Origin: Podarcis cretensis
Lineage: Eukaryota
DNA: 64,000 nt
Assembly: GCA_951804945.1 (NCBI GenBank)
Contig: OX638150.1
Span: forward strand, 2,790,001 to 2,854,000
Reading direction: 5' to 3'
This document shows positions 52,501 to 61,500 of the stretch, piece after piece. Position 1 is the stretch's first letter, and each line of letters starts with the position of its first letter. The notes under the pieces are model-generated. The model did not search any database. It was not told the DNA's origin and saw only the letters and a program-made list of their open reading frames with translations. Both the position numbers and the translations under genes were made by a program.

Positions 52501-55500
52501 AAAGCATGCACCCCTAACACTGATAGATGCCTAATTTGCAGCATTTTTATCATTCTCTGTCCATTCTCTCCTTTCTCACATCTGTTTGGTACTAAGGAAT
52601 CTCACTGGAATTGGGAGCTCCTAGAGACTACCACACATAATCCCACCAACCACACGTCTTCCTCCTTCCATGCAGCACCCATACCTGGATAATGTTGCTG
52701 AGCACCTGGGCATCAAAGTGTGACAAGTACTGTACATGGTAGCGCTGGAGGATATTTTGGTGCCGTCGGACGAGGCGACGGAGCTTTTCCATCAGAAAAA
52801 GCAGCTCAGCCAGGTAGCTATTGGTGAGAAGCAGGACAGAACGTTTGTTTGCTTATTTAAAACATTTGGAACCCCACCTTTCCTTATAAAAAGGCAGCTG
52901 ACGAATTTTTAAAAAATGAACACAAAAAATAGTGGGGTAAGGAAGAATACACAGTCCCACAGTACACCTACAGAATCATTTCAGCAGATTAATAAACCAA
53001 TACAATAAATAAAGCAGTTAACTACAACCCAAATGCCTTCTTTAAAAAGGAGATTAAGACTAACTTTCAGAATGCCACTGAAGTCTCATACATGAAACTT
53101 TGGATGAACTATAGGGAGAGGGTAGCTCGGTTGGTTAAGAGTGTGGTGCTGGTAACGCCAGTGTTGCAGGCTTGATCTCCATATGGGCAGCTGCAAATAA
53201 ACCTGCATTGCAGGGGGTTAGACTCAATGATCCCCAGGGTCCCTTTCAACTCAACAGTTTTGTGATTCTATGAACTAGGTGTCCTAGTATGCTGTATGTG
53301 TGAGGTTCCCTTGGCTGTTAACACCCACAAAGACACACCTCTGACCTGCCAGCCTGGATACAATACTCCCCAAGTTCATGCCAGAGGAATTTTACCTAAT
53401 TCTGACAAGCATTAGCTTCTTCCCTTCCCTCCATTCTCACACGGCACTGCCCCAAAATGTGAGACCAAGGAGAACAGTTGTAATCCCCCCTTCTAGCCAG
53501 CTCTTAGGGGTACAGAAGCTGCATCCTCCTTTTCACGGGTTAACTTTGCGCTACATGGTCAAGAACTGGAGGGGGGACAAGATCCATCTGTGCTCAACAT
53601 GCTGGGACCCATCTCCACCACCACCACCACCCCCATTCTTGGAACCCACCCAATCAGTACATGTCATAAAAAGATTTGTGGGAAAGAAAAAAGTCACACA
53701 AAGAGACATTTCAGGGGCAGGAACATTCTAGAACAGATGCAGACATAGAACTTTTTAATATCAGAATGAAATTATGATTTGTGTATTGGTTTTGTGTTTC
53801 AGGGTCACGTGTATATATGATGATTATTCATAAATAGTTTAAGCAAAAAAACACCCAAATCAGTACCTGTCAGTGAATTCCTCTGGGTTCTTGCTCTTGC
53901 TAACATGTTCACTGTGTCGGCAAAGCCAGGTTACCTCATCACGGCAGAACGACAAGGCCATGAAGACATAAACAGCCTGTTGTGGGGGAAAGAGGGAGAA
54001 GGGACTTTATGAGAAAAATATTCCCTCCCTTCAAATCAGTAAGGCCAGCTCAAGAAAGGGACGTTCAATATGGCCCAGCACTGCACATTAACTTTTTAAA
54101 AAGCTATTCTATTCTACTTAGCCAATGTCCTTGAATTGTGTATTGCATAATGAGAAGCCTAAAACGGGTGGGGGGTGGGGAGGAGATCCATCATGCAAAT
54201 TAATGGCATTTGTTGATTGCAGCTTGTCCTGGCTTATGTTTTCCTGTGCTTCAAATTTTCCTTTTGCTACAATAGTGATGAAGGAGAAAGGGAACATGGA
54301 ATAGGAGAGACCTGAGAGGACCATCAATATGCAAAGATGAGAAAAGCAGAAGGGTAAAAACTGGAAACATAAATACTTATGCATGGAATAGATCTACATA
54401 GATCTATAAATACATAAATGTTCCTATACAGGATTTCTTTCCTCACACACGCAACACACACACCCTCCTGGAAACTCTCAGTGCCATTTTCCCTCAAGCT
54501 CTGCCTGACTGGAAGAAAACCTGCTGGAAGGAAGAGAAGCAGTGGGGAGGGGAGCTGCCTTTGCTATTTAAATCGCACTTTTCATTTTACTCATGACTGG
54601 AGCAGCCGGTGGTTAAAAGATGCAACCCGCTGCATACAGTTTGGCTTGTAGTGACTGCTGCAGATGCCCTCAGGACTGCTCAGATACATTATAAAGATAA
54701 AGCAACCAGGAAAGCTGGAAATAGGATGGTTTGTTTTTAGTAAAGGCTTTGATTCTCAAGAGGCAGAAACTACATGAATTTCAGGATAAAAACAGGCACT
54801 GCTTTTTGGACAACCCTTCCTACCCTACCCCTTTCTACTGTGGTTTTGTATGATGTCAAAAAATAAGCCACTATAGGTAAGGACCACATTCGTATCAAGT
54901 CAGACTCGAATACAAGGTCAACACAGCATTTGGCAGCAACATGGGGTAAAGGGTCCTCAGTGCTGGTGCCCCAGCTTTGGGACAGTTTCCCTGCTATGAC
55001 AGGGGTCAAGATTGATGAGTTATCAGCGTCAGCTGAAGACTTGGCTGTTCACCCAGGCTTTGCTGGAGTTTAACGTCAGGTGCATGGTTGTGATTATTCA
55101 GATTGAAATTCACCTTATCTGGTTATGCACTGTTTTTATGCTGTGGTTTTATGTTAACATTTCATTATTTTAATTTGAAAATCGATCTATAATTGCTTGT
55201 TTTCAATTAACAGGTAATAAATATGTATACACACCCTTACATTTGGCTTCCTCTTCCCAGGCACACTTACACAGGCAAATGCATAGAGGCGCGCGCGCGC
55301 ACACACACACACACACGTGTTTGCCCACTTGCCCAACTCAAACACATCATGCATGCAAGACTGTCTTCTCCCACATTCCCAGCTCTTGTCTACTTGCCTT
55401 TGGCCCCAAAAGCCCTGGCTCGTTGGCCAGAATGGTCTCCATCTCCCGTACAGCATTCCTCAGGAAATGGCGCCGACCTCGATGCAGCTGCCCACTGTCA

Positions 55501-58500
55501 AGACACCGCTGGAAGGTTCACACATGAAGATGACAGCTGCCCCATGCCCATCTGACACACCACAAGCAGCAGCAAATGACAATGCCCAGCTACTCAGTCA
55601 AGGTACATAGTACCCAAAGCTGGTCAAGTTATTTTGGAACTAGAGGCAGAAAATTGCAATAAAAGCACCATCATCTATTAAATGACGAACAACTGGATGC
55701 CCTCGCATGATGCCTAGAATTGTCCACCAAATGCTCAGGCTGGGCAGACTCCTAGATGTGCTGTGCAATAGATGAGGGAGCAGGTGGATGGCAGGACCTC
55801 AGAGGGAACATGCAGGAGGAGCTGCAGAAAAGTGGGGCTACCTTTCCCCCTTCTCCAAAGGAGATTTAGGGTGCAATCCTTTACATGTCTATTCAGGAAT
55901 TAGTCCTACTAACTTCAGTGGGGCTTCAAAGTGGGAGCAAGTGCATACAACAGTGGTGGCTAACCCCTGTTTTGGAAGTCTGATCCAGTCCTCCAAGCAG
56001 ATTTTACAAGCCCTCCAAGAACCGGTTGATTTTGGTAGTGGTGGCAGAAACATACGGTATATAACAAAGCAGACACAGCTAGAGGGTGGGCAGAGTTCAG
56101 TTTTTCCAATGGGGAGTCAAACTGTCCCCTTCCTGGCCACTAGACCCATCACTGGATGAGGTGAGCAGAGAGGGAGCTTGGGTCTTAACAGCTTCTTTGC
56201 ACAGATAGCTGATGTGGGCAAGTGTCTGTGTGTGCCTGAGCGTGTGGGATGGATACACCAAGTTTTAGCCACCCCTGCCCCTGGCCTGCTCCCCCACCCA
56301 GAAGGTTGGCCATGGCTGAAAGCAGCGAGATGCCAAAACAGGTTAGTCACCCCTGATGTACAGGACCACAGTCTTAACGGAGGACATCTAGTTTATACGG
56401 CAAAAGGTGGCAACTTCAGTAACAAAGGGCAGCTGCTGGAATACTATGAAGAAATAGGGATGATGGGGACATTGGTCAAATGGGGCTGGGAAGCAAATTT
56501 CAGACATGAGGGGAAAGGTAAAGCTAGTGAGGCAAAGTATTAAGCAGAAAAGACCTGGTTATCTACTAGGAAAACCATGGAGCAGACAAAGTGCAGACTT
56601 AGGCAGTAACACGGCAGACAAAGCAATGAGCAAGAAAGCAAAGGTCATTCCTACCTGTTTGCTACAGCGTGCTCTTTGCATTCTTTGATATCAGCTATGC
56701 GTTTTCCATAACTGTGCAGAGAGAGAGAGAGACACTGAGATCACAGCCAAACCCCTCCAAAACATTATGTTGTGTTCTGTTGCTTCGTCCATCCAAGCAA
56801 AGCCAACTTTGTGCAAGGACAAGTTTTCTAAAAAACTGAATGATTTTTAAAATCCAGTGGCACACTGGCAAACCCTTCACTTTAAAATGGCTACACCAAA
56901 GCTTCCTTGTCTCTTGTGATATTTTCCAGGGCAAGCTACAGCTCAGGAGCAGAGAACATACTGTACATGCAGAAGGTCACAAGTTCAATCCAGGGCATTT
57001 GCAGATAAAGATGTCAGGAAGAAAGTATGGGAAAGGCCTGCATTTGACTCTCTGGACAGCAACTGCCAGTCACAATCAGCAGTACTGGCCACGAAGGACA
57101 GAAGGTGTGACTCAATGGATGGCAGTTTCATGTATACAGAGGGTGAACAAATACAAAACAGGAGGATGCTCCCACTCATAAGCACATTTATAACTTGCCT
57201 TTCCTCCAAGGAGCTCAAGGTGGTATGCACAGCACTTCATCAACCCTCACCCCCATTTTATCCTCACAACAACCCTGTCAGGTAGGTTAGTCTAAGAGTT
57301 GGCAATTTACCCAAGCCTCACCCAAGTGAGCTTCATGGTCAAGTGGGAATTTGGATCCAGGTCTTCCCAGTCATAGTCTTCACAACTGCACCACTCCTGT
57401 GCTTCTAAGATTAGTGTAAAAGAGGGGATTCAAACCTGCCAAAATGTGCCTGTGGGTCTATCTCACCTCTACAGGTCTCTTACCCTTTGATGCTGCTGAA
57501 GGCCTCCTCCGCCACTTTGTGAACAGAAAGCACTTCATCCCGTACTAGAGCAACGTAGAGAGAGCCACGGAGAGCTGCCCGCCACAGATCCAGACAGCTT
57601 TGGGTAGAGCCCAGGCAGCTGTGGCACAGCAAGAACCCAACTGCAGGGGTAGAAGATGGTCAAAGGCAAGGATAAGGAAGCAATGGACACCAACCCTCCC
57701 TGCTCCGTACAGCAGCTAGCCCCTCCCTGCCACCCACTTCCAGGAGCAAAATGAATTGTGCAAATCAAGCAAATGCATTACAAACCATAGCGTTTCTTGC
57801 CCTAGAATTTACCTGGGTGCTAAGTTTGTGAGGCAGGGGGTGGGGAACCCAGAGCGCAAGCATATGTCTGCCTATGCCCACTGCGGCCAATGAAGATGTT
57901 CTTGGACAATTTCTGCACCTTTTGGCTATGATTATCCAGCTCTGGATAAGATTTCTTGCTATACTGAGTCAAGGTTCCAGGTTGACCATCCAGCCTGGAT
58001 CCTCCCCAGCCTACCAGATCAGCAAAGAACAATGTGGCAACTTACTCACAATCCATCGCTCAAGAACCTCCAGAGAAAGGTATTCACAGGCCATCTGGGA
58101 ACAGGAAAGAAATATGAGTTTTCTGCCTACAGAAATCTGGTATCATCATCTTCCTTCCTAAATACTCAGTGCCTCTACTAAGGTTTTTTAGCGTGTGCAG
58201 CATCATTTTCTACGAGGTCTGGAGTAGCAAGGCCTCACTGGGTGCACATGGGAACCATTTGGTAGAACAGCCAGCATTACAGTCTGCTGCAGCAGTTCAC
58301 TCTCTTGCTTAGAGGTGGGGGGAACTCAGGCCTGCAGCGCTCCAGACTCCCTTTTTGCAGCCTCTGGGACTCTCCCCAAGCCATATCTCTTCCCAAGGCC
58401 AAACCCCTTCTCTCTAGGTCACCCCCTTCACTGTCCCTGCTTCAGGCCTTTTTCAAGTGCCCGGAACCATGGAAATACCTCTTGCTTGCCCACATAGAAC

Positions 58501-61500
58501 CTTAACTTGTCTATAGGTGGAAAGTAGCCCACTGTACAAACTGAAGATTCACATCCATTACCGTGCTCTCTTTTCTGTCTCTGTGGCCTCACCCTCTGGT
58601 GGCCTCATGATTGAGGGGGCCGTGGCCGTGTTTGAGAGGGCCAGGGCCATGCAACATCAGCGCACCCTACAACATGCACACATGACGCCAGTGCCCTCTT
58701 GCAGCCTGCACAAGTGATGATGTGTCGTGGGGACACCCCGCGGCTTACTCCTGTGACATGAGCACACCCCACAGTGTGTGTGCACGGCTGCTGCAGAACT
58801 TTGAGGGGCCCAGCCCCTTCACTGAAAATCCCTTGGTGCACCTGGGTGGCATGTGCTCACCCCCACCCCGCAGGCTGCCCACAAAGCGCTGCCATCAAAC
58901 TGGTTCCGCATCCCTGTTCTAGCTCAACTGCCAATAGTAACAGAACTTGTCAGCATTATAGCCTTAATGACATCACAATCAGTTTGCACTGCATGCTGGG
59001 AAACAGTGACTTGTCTCACTGAAGTCCGTTGAAACTCAAGAAACATCTACAAGAGGGCAGAGCCTGCATATATGAGCTCTGTAAAAGGTAGCACTGCTGA
59101 TCCAAAATGCAGGCCTCTGATTTTAAGATGCTCCAGAAAGCCTGAGTTTGGGCTGTGCTGGAGAGGTAGCAAAAGTGTCACTGTCTCTATACACGGACAC
59201 GCTCACCGTGTCTGAACTGGCAGGAGCTAGCATGTTCGCGGGGTTGCTGATCAGACTGAAGAGTTGGTCACTTCGCCACTGATCAGCTGAGTGGTTTCTA
59301 CGGGCGAAGAGGAAGTGCAACGAAAGAAGTGCATTGCTCACAGCCTGGAAAGAGAACTCTGTTAGCAGCAGAAAATGACAAAACGCAGAGAGACAGAGAG
59401 AGAGAGGGGGGGGGGGGAGCAGAACTACATGTTACCCTTTGGCACACATGACATGAAGAAGCATCAAGCAGGTGGGAGGAGCACTTAAATCTTCCCATAC
59501 TTGCTTTTTCTCTCTTGCAAATGCTCCCCTGGAGGAATTTCCCCCACAGCTCAGCTTCAGCCAGATTTACAGGTATTTACAAGGGAAAGTTAAGTATCCA
59601 CTGATCACCCACTACTTCTCCCCTACAAGTGCCCCACACTTATGTGTTTTCCTCAACTTGTACTCTACCCACAGATGGAAAACTATCATCCAAATATTAA
59701 CCGAAATTTTTAACTCTATTGACCAATTCTGAAACACAGACACATTCACCTAGCTCCTGCTTGCTTTGGGATCATCCAGTGTTTGTTCAAAAGCTGAATA
59801 AATTTGTCCTCCTTCCTCCCCAATCCCTTCTCTACCCCGCCCCGCCCCCCTCCAGCATGTGGATGACTTGATTATTATTTTGCAGTTTACCTACTTCCCT
59901 CTTTTTTACTTCCTGTTCCAGTCACGGCTGCCACCAAAACTCCCCACACATTTCTCAAAATGTTATTTGTATATACTTGTGAAGCAGCAAAAGAAAAGGG
60001 AAGAAGCTCACAATAAGAATTGTAACTGGCCTACCTCCAGCCAACACCATGAGAAATTGGAGCAAAGAATGTTCATTCTCTCCAACTACAGAACCACATT
60101 CACCTCCAAGGAACCACAATTCAGAGGTACAGCACATGCTTTGCACACATCACTTCCCAGGTTCTGAGGTGGTGGGCTCTCCTTCCTTGGGGATTTTTAA
60201 GCAGAGGTTGGATGGCCATTTGTCATGGGTGCTTTAGTTGAGATCCTGCATTGCAGGGGTTTGGAATAGATCCCTTCCAACTCTACCATTCTATGATTCG
60301 ACAAGGTGTGACCGGAAAGTTTGGTGAATGGTCACAGAAATCGGGCAGCAATAAATATTTGAACATACATACGTTACAGGCCTTCAAAGTAGGCCCCCTC
60401 TGATACAATGCACCATTGACAACATTCATAGAACTGTTAGAAACTTCTGGAGGAGTCCTCTTTTCGTATGGCTTTCAGTTCCCTCGTCACAGCAGCTTGG
60501 ACATGTGAAATGTTGGAAAATCTGTGCCCTTTCATAGCAGATTTCAGTTTTGGAAAAAGAAAGAGATCTGAAAGGGCCAGATGGGGAGAATATGGAGGGT
60601 GGGACAACTCAGTAACCATTTCACATGGAATATGCAATTCTTCCATCATCATTCGGATGGACAAACGCTGATCCCACTTCAATAACTCCCGAACTCTGTC
60701 AACATTTGCCGTCGTTCTGCTCATCAACCATCTGCCAGACCAAGGGTCATCTTCAATGGTTGCCTCCCTTCATGGAAACACTTAAACCACTCATACACTG
60801 GCTTTTGAGTTACAGCTTCATCTCCGTACACAATTGTGAGCATTTCGTGGGTTTCCGATGCCGACTGTATATTTGAATATTTCTTGCTCTCCAATTTCTA
60901 TGACCACTCTTCGAACTTTCCAGTCACACCTTGTATGTTCAATTCCTCACATCTCTAACAAAAGGTATCTCACAGGACCAAGCACTGGGAAAGATCTCCA
61001 AGATGTTGGAGAGCCACTGCCAGTCAGACTCTACAATTTGACAAGACTAGATGAGCCACTGGTCTGATTCAGGACAAAGCAGCTTAAAGATACTGCATAG
61101 AAACCAACACTCCCATTCTTGAGAACACAGCAACACACGCAGGAAGAATGCATGTTACAAAATCATAATGTGAATCTGGATGTGCTAAGAAGTTAATGGA
61201 GATAGAGTCTAATGCTGAGACCACAACGCCAGGCCTGTGGGCACCACACTGTCCTCATACACTTTCCTTTGGTGCCTCCCAAGCCTCCCACTTCATTCTT
61301 TATTTTAATCTCACCTTGGTATGGGGCCCAAACTCTTCCATCAGCTTGCGCAAGGGATTCTCATACTCCAGTATCATCTGACCCAACCGAGGGAAACTAG
61401 CATCACTATAGCCAGATAAGGAATGAGTCAGAGGTGTTTGCCAGCAACAGAAGCCCTCCTCCATCACTGACACTGCCCACCCATTTCACTGCAAAACATG

